UHGV virus genome: UHGV-0138922
From: a virus
Length of the DNA stretch: 36,008 nt
Strand: one strand, 5' to 3'
The notes beneath the pieces are model-generated. The model did no database searches. It saw only the letters and a program-made list of their open reading frames with translations, and was not told where the DNA came from. The position numbers and the translations under genes are program-made. Below, piece after piece: positions 25,656 through 34,103 of this stretch; the first letter of the stretch is position 1; every line of letters starts with the position of its first letter.

Positions 25656-27170
25656 TTATTGGGGATCGGCTGGGGAATTTTTTTCTTCACCCTCGCCATT
25701 AACGATAATATTTAGTGCGCTCTTTTCGGCTTGAATCTCTGAGAATACTTTTTCAGGATCATCACCACGTTCAAGAATAACAGCAGTACGTGATTTAAGA
25801 CCATTTTGAATTAAAGCAATCTCGGCGTTTACGTCTTTAATAGGATCGACGGATTCAAAACGCGGACGAATAATAGTAGTGTTATCGATAATATGAGGAA
25901 TTGCAGTAATACGAATCGGAACAATACCACGCGCGGAATAATGGCGTAGATACGCTTCAAAAATTGGCAATACCACTGTTTCAATTAATTTGTTTTGCAG
26001 TGCTTTAATGCGGTTACGCTGAGTTAATTCACCAAAACGTGCGGCTGAGTAGTTGATCTGTGAACAATCTCCTGTTAAGCCCTGTTTGAACACGCCTAAG
26101 CCCATTGATACGCTAGTGAACATCGCATCATTGAAGCTGTTAAAGTCATCGCCATTTTGCGATGATTGAATGCTCTTGATTGTTGCCCCTTCCGGCAATT
26201 CCTGAATAGTACCCGGTGCAAAGTCCTGTACTACTTCCGGCGCTTGATATTGTTCATCCTCTTCACCAGTATCAAAATCGTCACCGGAATCTTTAGGACG
26301 TTCAATAAAGCCCATAGAACTAGCCGCAATACGTTTCTGGACGATCGCGGTTTCGCGGAACGCTTCTTGATGCGCAATATCCTTAATCACTGGCAGGAAG
26401 TCAGTCACACCACGTAAACTTTCCGCGCACAGTGGCTGGTAGTAGTGGCACACCTGAGAAGCATCTACGCGATAATTTTCGCCAGTGTAGGTCTGAGTCA
26501 GTAGATTGATTTTTCTAAACCAGTATGCTACAGGGCGCATTGTGTCTACGTCATACTCAATCCCCTGATAGATCGCACGTTCTTTGCTTATTTCACGACT
26601 AAGCGACCAGTCGCACCTATCAGCAGACAGAATAGAAACTTGTAACTCATTGTTCTCTTTGGTTAAAACGATGAAGCATTCTCCACCCTGAACACGTTCA
26701 GATTCTGCCATTGCCAGCATTTCACGGAAGTTAAAGCGACCGTTGCGAGAGAAGCGTTTAGCACTCTGCGCCCACTTCCAGAAAGCATTCTCGATCTGCT
26801 TATTCAGTGCGGTGTCAAGTTTGCCATTTGATTTAACGATTGATGGTTTCGGATCAAGCCCCGTACCAACAACTTGGTCAACGATATACTGCTTGTATCG
26901 CTTACCTACAGCATTGTTTATAGCCAGAGTACGACCCTGATCATAAAGGCGCTTACCGTTCGATTTGAGAGCCTTATTGAAGGTTCCTGTAATGGTGTCT
27001 TGTTGAAGCTGTCCATCAATGCGATCACCGACTAAGCCCAAAGAACGCTTAGACAAATCTTTCTGGAATTTTTCTACTTGTTTGTCGATAAAGATTTTTT
27101 GTTGTTGCTGGCGGTGATTAGTTTTAACTGGAGTTTCTACCGCCTTTTTGCGTCGAAAAAGATTAAACAT
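25656..27170 (-). CDS. Portal protein
   Basis: 504 aa, between terminase and capsid genes; AAGGGGT ribosome-binding site. Confidence 0.75.
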   Translation of the reverse strand: MFNLFRRKKAVETPVKTNHRQQQQKIFIDKQVEKFQKDLSKRSLGLVGDRIDGQLQQDTITGTFNKALKSNGKRLYDQGRTLAINNAVGKRYKQYIVDQVVGTGLDPKPSIVKSNGKLDTALNKQIENAFWKWAQSAKRFSRNGRFNFREMLAMAESERVQGGECFIVLTKENNELQVSILSADRCDWSLSREISKERAIYQGIEYDVDTMRPVAYWFRKINLLTQTYTGENYRVDASQVCHYYQPLCAESLRGVTDFLPVIKDIAHQEAFRETAIVQKRIAASSMGFIERPKDSGDDFDTGEEDEQYQAPEVVQDFAPGTIQELPEGATIKSIQSSQNGDDFNSFNDAMFTSVSMGLGVFKQGLTGDCSQINYSAARFGELTQRNRIKALQNKLIETVVLPIFEAYLRHYSARGIVPIRITAIPHIIDNTTIIRPRFESVDPIKDVNAEIALIQNGLKSRTAVILERGDDPEKVFSEIQAEKSALNIIVNGEGEEKNSPADPQ

Positions 27171-27180
27171 GATTTACCCC

Positions 27181-27675
27181 TTATCGCGTAAGACGTAATT
27201 TGATATTTTTAATCGGGCTAATTCCCTGCTTACGTCGTTCGGCTTGAATTAATTTAGATAACTGACGTTCATAATCAGTCTTCAATTGCTGGAGAACACC
27301 CAATGACTCATAGGCGAATGAGTTCCCTTTTATTGTCATTGCAGATAATGCGGCTTCGTCCCCAGATAAACGGGCGAAAATAACTTGCTCGATTAAGGCG
27401 ATAGTTTCCCGCAGATATTCTTTTTTGGATTGTTTGGCAAAGACTGGCAATACAGTTAATTCCTGCATTGATACCAGTTCTTCTTCCAAAGTTATTACGA
27501 TGGTATATTTACCTATCTCGAACGAGAGAGTTTTAATCTCATGATTAGCCGGAGTATCATCAACCTGATAAATGATACCTTTACTATTTCCTACCTGAAT
27601 TGTTACACCCTCTTCATTCGCCAGCGTGACTTTTTCGCCTTTACGAATTACTAAGGGAATTAGTTCTAAACTCAT
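27181..27675 (-). CDS. Hypothetical head-module protein (164 aa)
   Basis: Sits between terminase and portal genes (lambda W position); AAGGGGT ribosome-binding site. Confidence 0.5.
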   Translation of the reverse strand: MSLELIPLVIRKGEKVTLANEEGVTIQVGNSKGIIYQVDDTPANHEIKTLSFEIGKYTIVITLEEELVSMQELTVLPVFAKQSKKEYLRETIALIEQVIFARLSGDEAALSAMTIKGNSFAYESLGVLQQLKTDYERQLSKLIQAERRKQGISPIKNIKLRLTR

Positions 27676-27718
27676 AATTACCCCTTATTTAATTGTTATT
27701 GGATTAACAATATTTAGG

Positions 27719-27745
27719 AGTAAGCCGCCCCGAAGGACGGCGAGT
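27719..27745 (-). other. Stable UUCG-loop RNA hairpin without U-tract, between terL and the next gene
   Basis: Minus-strand RNA GCCGUCC-UUCG-GGGCGGC (one G.U wobble); resembles the two late terminators but lacks the U-run. Confidence 0.35.
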
Positions 27746-27747
27746 TA

Positions 27748-29655
27748 TTAGAACGATGTTACCCAGCTACGGCCTCTATTTGGGCGTCTGGCGATGTTTT
27801 GACGTTGTGGTCGTGTGATTGGCTTAGTTTCTTCGATTTGCTCGTCAGATTGCGTTTTAGGAGCTTCTACGGATTCTTCGACAACACGGTTTAAGCTGTC
27901 TTTCATTGCAATGAGTTTATCCCATGACATTTTTGAAAGAACGTAGCGAGAAGCAGCATAGCTATAAACCAGACAGTCGAGAGCCTCGTTTCGGGTACTA
28001 CCTGGATTTTTCACCCAACGAACACCAGTAGTAGTACGCTTGATGGATTCACTCAAAAGCTGATCGAGATAATCATCAGGAACGGTTTCTGATATTTCTA
28101 GGCCGATATGAGGATTGTCTTTCAGGTTTCTAACCAGCATTTCACGAACAGCGGATTTACCAACGTTAACACCCAACATAAGCAATTCATGACCACCTGT
28201 GCGGGTAGGTTTAACCGGAATCACTGGAGCATTACCAGATGAACTACCTTTGATAGCGTGTAGGTTCTTCCACTTACCGCAAATACGGTATCCGGCTTGA
28301 GTGAATCGACCGTTTGATGTATCGAGGAAGCTGGCGAGCATTGGTACACGTTCACCATTAACGTTATAGAATTTGGTTTTCTTGAAGTTAACCAGGCGAT
28401 CCCATACAGGTGATTCATATCGTTCACAGTTATGATCGTAAAAGCTGCGGTGATCCAGAATGTAAACCTTATCTTTCGCTACACCTAAGATGGTAGATTC
28501 TGCGCGATCCAATTGCTGGTCAATTCCTGAGCACAAGAAAATTACGTCATCAGGGATATTCTCGATAGAAACATCTGTTTTGAGTTGTTCCAGTTCATTG
28601 GCTTCTACGGCAGTGTCCTGATCATCGTATACCTTACCTAACACGGTGTTATAAAATGATTGTAAATCAAAGGATTGCCACGCATGACTAAAATCAACCA
28701 CACAAGCGCGAATCGTGCTAAAAGGTGAATACAGACGACTGATCCAGAATCCTGCTACTTCACTTTCACGGGTTGCTCTCCACTCGCCTTGCGCTACTGC
28801 CCTGATTCGTTCCCCTTCGGTCCATGCGTTCTTACAGTGGGGGCAAATATAACGAGCGGTATCAGGATCAGGTAAGTTCTTACCATCAATGTTACGCCAT
28901 TCAAATTGAACGTTTTCCCACTCGATCACCTGGTGTTCCCCGCAATGCGGACACGGAACAAAAAACATACGCATGTCGCTTGATAACCATTGCTGGTTAA
29001 TGCTTCCGAGCTTACTGGTCGGGGTACTGGATACGACTAATCGACCTTCATCCCCAAAGGTAGTTAAACGGTTAGCAGCCAGTGCCACCGGATCACCTTC
29101 TTCTGAGGCTGTGGCAGCATCGATTTCGTCAAGTAATCCAACCTTTGCGGTCTTACCACGTAGGGTTGATGGACTGGTAAGCGATACCATGTACAGGAAG
29201 TGATTCGTTTTTAGCTGTAGCTGGTTATTGTTGTTAACCGCATTGCGATCATTCTTGTCTGTAACCACGTCTTTTAATGCATCACATGCTTCGATAGACG
29301 GTCGGATCTTACCAGCGAGATATTGAGACATTTCTTTAGCGGTTGATTGTCCGATAATCATATTGCATGGATCGTTAGCCATCTGGTTAAACAGGATACC
29401 GTTTAGGATGGTAGTTTTTCCGATCTGCGCACTGGTCATCAGAACATACTTTTTCTTGTTCTCAAGGAAAGGAGCATCAATCATGCCTTTCTGGAATGAC
29501 AGCAATTTAACTTTATCCCCAGCTTGAGGACCATCTACCAGCACCATATTCGCTTCGCACCATTCCGATGGAAGGAGTTTAGGCGGTGGCGTAATATATT
29601 TTGCGGCATTTCTAAGAATTCTTTTTAGTTTTGTTTTGTTCGAAATTAGTTTCAT
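27748..29655 (-). CDS. Terminase large subunit (lambda gpA family)
   Basis: Walker A-like TSAQIGKTT, conserved CPHCG zinc-ribbon motif, 635 aa; GAGGGT ribosome-binding site. Confidence 0.88.
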   Translation of the reverse strand: MKLISNKTKLKRILRNAAKYITPPPKLLPSEWCEANMVLVDGPQAGDKVKLLSFQKGMIDAPFLENKKKYVLMTSAQIGKTTILNGILFNQMANDPCNMIIGQSTAKEMSQYLAGKIRPSIEACDALKDVVTDKNDRNAVNNNNQLQLKTNHFLYMVSLTSPSTLRGKTAKVGLLDEIDAATASEEGDPVALAANRLTTFGDEGRLVVSSTPTSKLGSINQQWLSSDMRMFFVPCPHCGEHQVIEWENVQFEWRNIDGKNLPDPDTARYICPHCKNAWTEGERIRAVAQGEWRATRESEVAGFWISRLYSPFSTIRACVVDFSHAWQSFDLQSFYNTVLGKVYDDQDTAVEANELEQLKTDVSIENIPDDVIFLCSGIDQQLDRAESTILGVAKDKVYILDHRSFYDHNCERYESPVWDRLVNFKKTKFYNVNGERVPMLASFLDTSNGRFTQAGYRICGKWKNLHAIKGSSSGNAPVIPVKPTRTGGHELLMLGVNVGKSAVREMLVRNLKDNPHIGLEISETVPDDYLDQLLSESIKRTTTGVRWVKNPGSTRNEALDCLVYSYAASRYVLSKMSWDKLIAMKDSLNRVVEESVEAPKTQSDEQIEETKPITRPQRQNIARRPNRGRSWVTSF

Positions 29656-29698
29656 TCAAATACCCTCATTACGAAATATGAAGGTATTTATTAAATTG

Positions 29699-29727
29699 TT
29701 GATATTTTGATAAATATGGGTATTAAG
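29699..29727 (+). promoter_or_regulatory. Candidate promoter (TTGATA-N16/17-TATTAA) for gene 29743
   Basis: Hexamers in the divergent intergenic region. Confidence 0.3.
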
Positions 29728-29742
29728 ATTTAAGGGGGGTGT

Positions 29743-30345
29743 ATGCTAATTAACCAACAACAAAGGGATGAATTAGATTTAGCCTTATCTTGTACCGATC
29801 ATGAATATCGTTTGCCAGTCAAGCATAAGCATTTAAAAACCGACTACACAACATCCGGTTTTAGCCGTGAGGAAGCGAAAGAGATTTTAATAGAGTTTTA
29901 CCGCGATAATGGTTATACAGACGTTCACAACTTCTTTAAGAAGCATAGAACATCACATACAGAGTTTCGGAGAGTCCGAGATTGGTTTGATTTTGATATC
30001 AAGCGGTTTTACAGGATTGATGACGGTCCGGTCTATCGGTTGCAATGGAAGCCGATCCGAGAAGTGTTGAAACAGAAGAGATTGAATCACGCTGTTACAC
30101 GCTATCGTAACGAGGCATTCAAGAAAGGCTATGGTGATACAAGGGAATTGTTTGTAGAACTCGCTAACGTGCGTTATAGCCACTATTACAACGATCCTAA
30201 AGGATTCTTCGAAGTGCTTCGCAAGGTTGATATTAGTCGGGGTACATACTATTCACGGTTGAAGAAGTACGGGATTAAGGCAGAGTTCTTCATGACCGTT
30301 GACGACTCACCGATGTTCAAGATAAAATGTAAGTCCTCTAAATAA
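29743..30345 (+). CDS. DNA-binding protein with C-terminal HTH-like domain (200 aa); possible small terminase or regulator
   Basis: AAGGGGGG ribosome-binding site; C-terminal ISRGTYYSRLKKYGI motif shared with two small paralogs. Confidence 0.55.
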   Translation: MLINQQQRDELDLALSCTDHEYRLPVKHKHLKTDYTTSGFSREEAKEILIEFYRDNGYTDVHNFFKKHRTSHTEFRRVRDWFDFDIKRFYRIDDGPVYRLQWKPIREVLKQKRLNHAVTRYRNEAFKKGYGDTRELFVELANVRYSHYYNDPKGFFEVLRKVDISRGTYYSRLKKYGIKAEFFMTVDDSPMFKIKCKSSK

Positions 30346-30380
30346 TATTGAGAATTCACTATTGTTTGGAGGAAACTACT

Positions 30381-30605
30381 ATGACTACTAAAGCTACTCG
30401 CGGACGTCCTTGCCGTTTTGATCGTGAACAACTGGCAGCGATTGTAAAAGCGTACTATCAAGCACCGAAAGGTAAAGCTGAAAAAGAGCAAGTATTGAGT
30501 GAACACGGTATTTCAATCGCTCAATTCTACAAATCACTCCATAAAGTTGATTTGAAATTCTTTGTTCAGGTTGACGGTGAAATGGTAGAAGCAACAGGAA
30601 TTTGA
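30381..30605 (+). CDS. Small HTH-like protein (74 aa), paralog family member
   Basis: MTTKATRGRPCRFDREQLAAIVKAYY...EHGISIAQFYKSLHKV; GGAGG ribosome-binding site upstream of ATG 30381. Confidence 0.55.
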   Translation: MTTKATRGRPCRFDREQLAAIVKAYYQAPKGKAEKEQVLSEHGISIAQFYKSLHKVDLKFFVQVDGEMVEATGI

Positions 30606-30613
30606 TTCTCTAG

Positions 30614-30640
30614 GCCAATCCTTCGGGGTTGGCTTTTTTT
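30614..30640 (+). terminator. Rho-independent terminator (UUCG loop)
   Basis: GCCAATCC-ttcg-GGGTTGGC followed by TTTTTTT. Confidence 0.65.
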
Positions 30641-30654
30641 ATACCTACAGATAC

Positions 30655-30679
30655 AAAAAAGCCCCTGAAATTCAGGGGC
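30655..30679 (-). terminator. Rho-independent terminator for the Rha-like operon
   Basis: GCCCCTG...CAGGGGC palindrome; on the minus strand followed by a U-run (plus-strand A-run 30655-30660). Confidence 0.6.
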
Positions 30680-30687
30680 AAAAATTA

Positions 30688-31515
30688 TTACAGTCCGAAG
30701 TGTTCCAGTGATCCAGCATTCTGACGAATCAGCAAAGCAGTATTATTGACGATTGCTCGTGAGTTGTTAGGTTGTGGCAATTTCAAAGTTGCTGCCTTTT
30801 CTTCTTCAAGCAATCCGAGTTTTACGAGATGCGGGATAGCATCAGCAGTGAACTCGATCTGACCGTGTGCTGACATACGAGCGAACATATAGCCAGGAGG
30901 AAGCAGATCATAGCCGTTAGGCTTACCAGAAGCATCCAGACGACGCTCAAGAACACCAGCAGCACATAATCCTTTCAGAATCATTTGTACCTTCACAGAG
31001 CCTCGTTTTTCGCCCAGAAGACGGGTTAAGCTGTGTGTGTCGATTGCTTTACGTACATGCAATTCAACCAGTTGATTCTTTTCCTGAATCAGTTGTTCGT
31101 TTGCAGCTTCCAGTTCCATTGCCTCGCGAATCCAATCGAGCTTAGTCATGTTTGCGTATGGGTTGACTTGCTGAGAACGCAGTTTTTCATTTTCTTCTTT
31201 CAGTCGTTTCCATTCCTGAATAACAACCATTCGACGCTTAACATCGTAACCAGTGACAAGAGTCAGTGTCAGTTCTTCATCTAAATGATATTCGGTTTGT
31301 TCTCGTCCACACTGATCAAGATAGGTGCGCTCAAAACTGAGCACATCTAATTCCAGAGCATCGAGCATGGATTTAATATCACGTTTAACGTTTTTGTGTT
31401 CTTTTCCGGTAAATTCAGCGATCTGACGAGAAGACATGGTCAGCGGTTTGGTGTTATCAACAACCAGAGACACGGAAGCAGTTTTAGTAGTATTCATAAC
31501 GGTAACAGTATTCAT
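30688..31515 (-). CDS. Rha-family regulatory protein / antirepressor-like
   Basis: N-terminal LTMSSRQIAEFTGKEHKNVKRDIKSM resembles the Phage_pRha motif; coiled-coil middle; AAGGGGAA ribosome-binding site. Confidence 0.7.
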   Translation of the reverse strand: MNTVTVMNTTKTASVSLVVDNTKPLTMSSRQIAEFTGKEHKNVKRDIKSMLDALELDVLSFERTYLDQCGREQTEYHLDEELTLTLVTGYDVKRRMVVIQEWKRLKEENEKLRSQQVNPYANMTKLDWIREAMELEAANEQLIQEKNQLVELHVRKAIDTHSLTRLLGEKRGSVKVQMILKGLCAAGVLERRLDASGKPNGYDLLPPGYMFARMSAHGQIEFTADAIPHLVKLGLLEEEKAATLKLPQPNNSRAIVNNTALLIRQNAGSLEHFGL

Positions 31516-31604
31516 AGTATTAATTCCCCTTAAACGGTTTAATGATTTGGTCCTCCTAGTTCCGGCATCACCACCGGAACAATTTTATTTATAATAGAAA
31601 TTTA

Positions 31605-31937
31605 TTACCAATCGATTTCTACCTGATCTTCTTCATAATAAGGAATCGCATATTCATAACGCCAGTTTTCGATGATTTCACGTTCTTCATTAGTAAGAAG
31701 GTGATTGCTAACTGGAGTCGCATTGTGATTACCAGCTTCGAATTGTTCGCGAACTTCCAGCATTGCATGAATACCAGTTAAGGACATCAGATCAAACGGA
31801 ACATGCATACTACGGGAGATTGTTTCACGGGATACGCCCCAATCATTTTCTACATGGCTAGGGCTTACAGAAACGGTTTTGCCGGAGATTTTAACAGTCC
31901 AGTCATACAGGGATTTAGTGATGGTAAATTCTTTCAT
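31605..31937 (-). CDS. Hypothetical early protein (110 aa)
   Basis: First ORF downstream of a consensus sigma70 promoter; AGAGGATG ribosome-binding site. Confidence 0.55.
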   Translation of the reverse strand: MKEFTITKSLYDWTVKISGKTVSVSPSHVENDWGVSRETISRSMHVPFDLMSLTGIHAMLEVREQFEAGNHNATPVSNHLLTNEEREIIENWRYEYAIPYYEEDQVEIDW

Positions 31938-31993
31938 GTTACATCCTCTTTACAAATCTAGGTCAAATAGGTTCAAAGTTGTCAAGTGCGATA

Positions 31994-32022
31994 ATCATAA
32001 AAAAGTCAGAAATATTTGTCAA
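31994..32022 (-). promoter_or_regulatory. Strong sigma70 promoter (TTGACA-N17-TATGAT)
   Basis: Minus-strand TTGACAAATATTTCTGACTTTTTTATGAT, about 50 nt upstream of gene 31937. Confidence 0.65.
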
Positions 32023-32056
32023 TACCCCTTGACAAGTTGCCAAAGGGTTGACCTCA

Positions 32057-32530
32057 TTAGAGCATTTCTAAGCCATCGTGATAGCCGTAGAAGCCATTCT
32101 GAGAAGAGAAACAGATAGGAGCATAATCATCATCTTCGTCGTCTTCATCTTCGTCATAATCGTTTTTAGGGGCTTCCTGAGCGGTTTCTTTACCGTAGTT
32201 AAACATGGCTTCGTCAATCTCTTGAAGGGTTACGAAACTACCCAAATCCACATCACCGAAACGGACTTCGAACGGCAGATCATCACGAACAATAATTGCT
32301 GGTAGATTCTGGTACTTCGCACGATCTTGATCGGTGAAGCAGTTAACTACGATAGTAGGTTTCTTGTTCTTACAAAACGAATACCAAGCACTAGAAAAGC
32401 TGGATTCATCGGAATCAAAAAGGATGTTATAACCACGTTCAACGAAGATCTTCATTAAACGGTCATTGTGAAAGCTATCTGCATCCAGACCTAACAGGAT
32501 GAAAGGAGTAGTAGTCTTGTTCTTGTACAT
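32057..32530 (-). CDS. Hypothetical protein with strongly acidic C-terminal tail (157 aa)
   Basis: AGAGGA ribosome-binding site before ATG 32530 (track start 32566 lacks one); DYDEDEDDEDDDY tail. Confidence 0.55.
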   Translation of the reverse strand: MYKNKTTTPFILLGLDADSFHNDRLMKIFVERGYNILFDSDESSFSSAWYSFCKNKKPTIVVNCFTDQDRAKYQNLPAIIVRDDLPFEVRFGDVDLGSFVTLQEIDEAMFNYGKETAQEAPKNDYDEDEDDEDDDYAPICFSSQNGFYGYHDGLEML

Positions 32531-32570
32531 AGTTGGTAATCCTCTAAAAGAAAGTGAATCAAACAAATTA

Positions 32571-32846
32571 CACTAGTATTTATAACGAGAATTTTTTATC
32601 TATTTGGAAGTGATTGGTATTCAGTCTGGCTAAAGCCATCCTTCATGTACTAGAACAAGAATTATACAAAACAAATTTTCTTCTATAATAATATTATATA
32701 ATAGTTCTTCGTTTTGATTAAATGATCATCAAACCAGTATTGACGCTCTCCAGAGCGTCTGCGAAGCAATCTATTACCTTCTAGTATTATCAAAGTGATT
32801 CCAACTACCTTTCTAGTAACCAGTTAGTAATCATCTAGTATTAAAT
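32571..32846. promoter_or_regulatory. Cluster of five CTAG-containing sites ([A/T]CTAGTA[A/T]), candidate operators
   Basis: ACTAGTAT 32571, TACTAGAA ~32650, TCTAGTATTA 32781, TCTAGTAAC 32812, TCTAGTATTA 32835; the first overlaps a candidate -10 for gene 32530. Confidence 0.4.
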
Positions 32847-32869
32847 CCCTTTCTAAGAAAATCCTTTCA

Positions 32870-33000
32870 AAAGTGAGTGAACGCCGTAGGCGTGAACGTG
32901 AGCGAAGCGAACTATCCAATCCCTTTCGAATCCTGCTTGCAGGTCTTAGAAGGTGTTGGTGGGCGCTACGCGCACGGCTACGCCGTATTCTTTTTGTGAG
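32870..33000. other. GC-rich hairpin-dense non-coding element (possible small RNA or recombination/packaging site)
   Basis: ACGCCGTAGGCGT, GCGCTACGCGC and ACGGCTACGCCGT hairpins; direct repeats GTGAGCGAAGCGAAC / GTGAGAGAAAGCGAAC; local GC far above surroundings. Confidence 0.35.
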
Positions 33001-33118
33001 ATCTTTCTTGAACGCTAGTGAGAGAAAGCGAACAAAAAGGAGAACGTTAGTTCGAGTTTTATATTCTATGGTCTGTGTGGTCAAATGCTTTTGCAAATCA
33101 TACACTTACGTGATTGAA

Positions 33119-33240
33119 GTGTAGGGTTAGTGTAGGTGTGTAGGTTTCATAGTGTAGGTTTGGACATGTTCTAGTGTAGGTTTACTGGCTAGTGTAGTGT
33201 AGGCCAATCCCTTTCATGTGTAGGTTTGTAGTGTAGGTTT
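33119..33240 (+). repeat. Iteron array: 8 direct copies of GTGTAGG(TTT)
   Basis: Copies start at 33119, 33130, 33138, 33152, 33174, 33197, 33218, 33231. Confidence 0.8.
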
Positions 33241-33330
33241 TTCATCAAAAATTTTGATAAAAAATTCTTGTATATTATTTAACCAAAAAATCATCAAAAA
33301 TCGCTGTAAGTTAATGATTTAAAAGGAATT
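33241..33330. promoter_or_regulatory. AT-rich tract with ATCAAAAATTTTGAT palindrome and repeated ATCAAAAAT half-sites
   Basis: Perfect 15-bp palindrome at 33244-33258; half-site copies near 33292 and 33395. Confidence 0.55.
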
Positions 33331-33354
33331 GTCAAAAGGTCACCGTGCTATAAT
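33326..33354 (+). promoter_or_regulatory. Promoter with extended -10 (TGcTATAAT)
   Basis: TG at 33346-47, TATAAT at 33349-54; weak -35 GAATTG/TTGTCA. Confidence 0.55.
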
Positions 33355-33434
33355 AGGTTATAAAGGTTGATAATCCTGATCAGCCGTTTTCACACAAAAA
33401 TTTTGATAGTCATTTCTCGCCTAGATCATGGGTA

Positions 33435-33463
33435 TTGACAATAGTCAAGAACTATTTTATACT
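33435..33463 (+). promoter_or_regulatory. Sigma70 promoter (TTGACA-N17-TATACT)
   Basis: Hexamers read directly; about 340 nt leader to gene 33806. Confidence 0.6.
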
Positions 33464-33805
33464 TTTTCTCACTGGTGGGGGTTGAAATTTTCAAAACAAT
33501 CCCCATATAGATGATAGGCAAGAATTTCTCTTGTATAAATACATGCATGAAAATGATTGTTCACTTCTGAAATCTCCAGATTCACTGTTAATTCATACAG
33601 CACTGGTTAGATATACAGTGCTTTTTCGGTTGAATAATGTACGAATTGATTAATTATTAATCTTCTCTTTAGCAATTCGTGCTCCCACTGATCGGATATA
33701 CAGTAGTTTTACAGGGTTTTTCGAAAATCATTTTATAAATAGATATGTCGAGAGCGAAAAGCTCTTTTTAAAGTTTTCATTATTCCACAATTGAGGATTC
33801 TACTT

Positions 33806-33985
33806 ATGGCTAGACCTGTTAAATTTACCCGTGAAATGATTGTTGATATTGCTAAACGCTTTTATGGTGACACTGAACGAGGCGGTGAGAACTTCTTTAA
33901 GAAGGAAGGAATTGATAGAAGCGGATTCTACAAACTAATGAAGAAATACGAGATTCAAGTAAAGATTAACGTTCAAGTTTGTTAA
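33806..33985 (+). CDS. Small HTH-like protein (59 aa), paralog family member
   Basis: MARPVKFTREMIVDIAKRFYGD...EGIDRSGFYKLMKKYEI; GAGGA ribosome-binding site before ATG 33806. Confidence 0.55.
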   Translation: MARPVKFTREMIVDIAKRFYGDTERGGENFFKKEGIDRSGFYKLMKKYEIQVKINVQVC

Positions 33986-34028
33986 TCACCTTTCACTGAG
34001 AATTATATGATGGCTTTAAAAATAAAAA

Positions 34029-34057
34029 AGCCTCCCTGTTGGCGCAAGGAGGCTTTT
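34029..34057 (+). terminator. Rho-independent terminator
   Basis: AGCCTCC...GGAGGCT stem followed by TTTT. Confidence 0.55.
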
Positions 34058-34103
34058 GGTATGAAACATTAAAAACTAACACAGAGTATTCAGGAGTATT
34101 TAT

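Noticed and set aside
32909-32940. tRNA-like T-loop sequence TTCGAATCC
   Set aside because: No flanking acceptor or anticodon stems can be drawn; isolated motif only.
32824-33124. Arg-rich ORFs on both strands (93 and 83 aa)
   Set aside because: Mutually antisense, overlapping the GC-rich hairpin island and iterons; composition reflects GC-rich repeats, not coding.
33119-33240. Possible CRISPR array
   Set aside because: Repeat unit is only ~10 bp with 0-13 bp irregular spacers; no leader or cas genes; fits iterons or binding sites instead.
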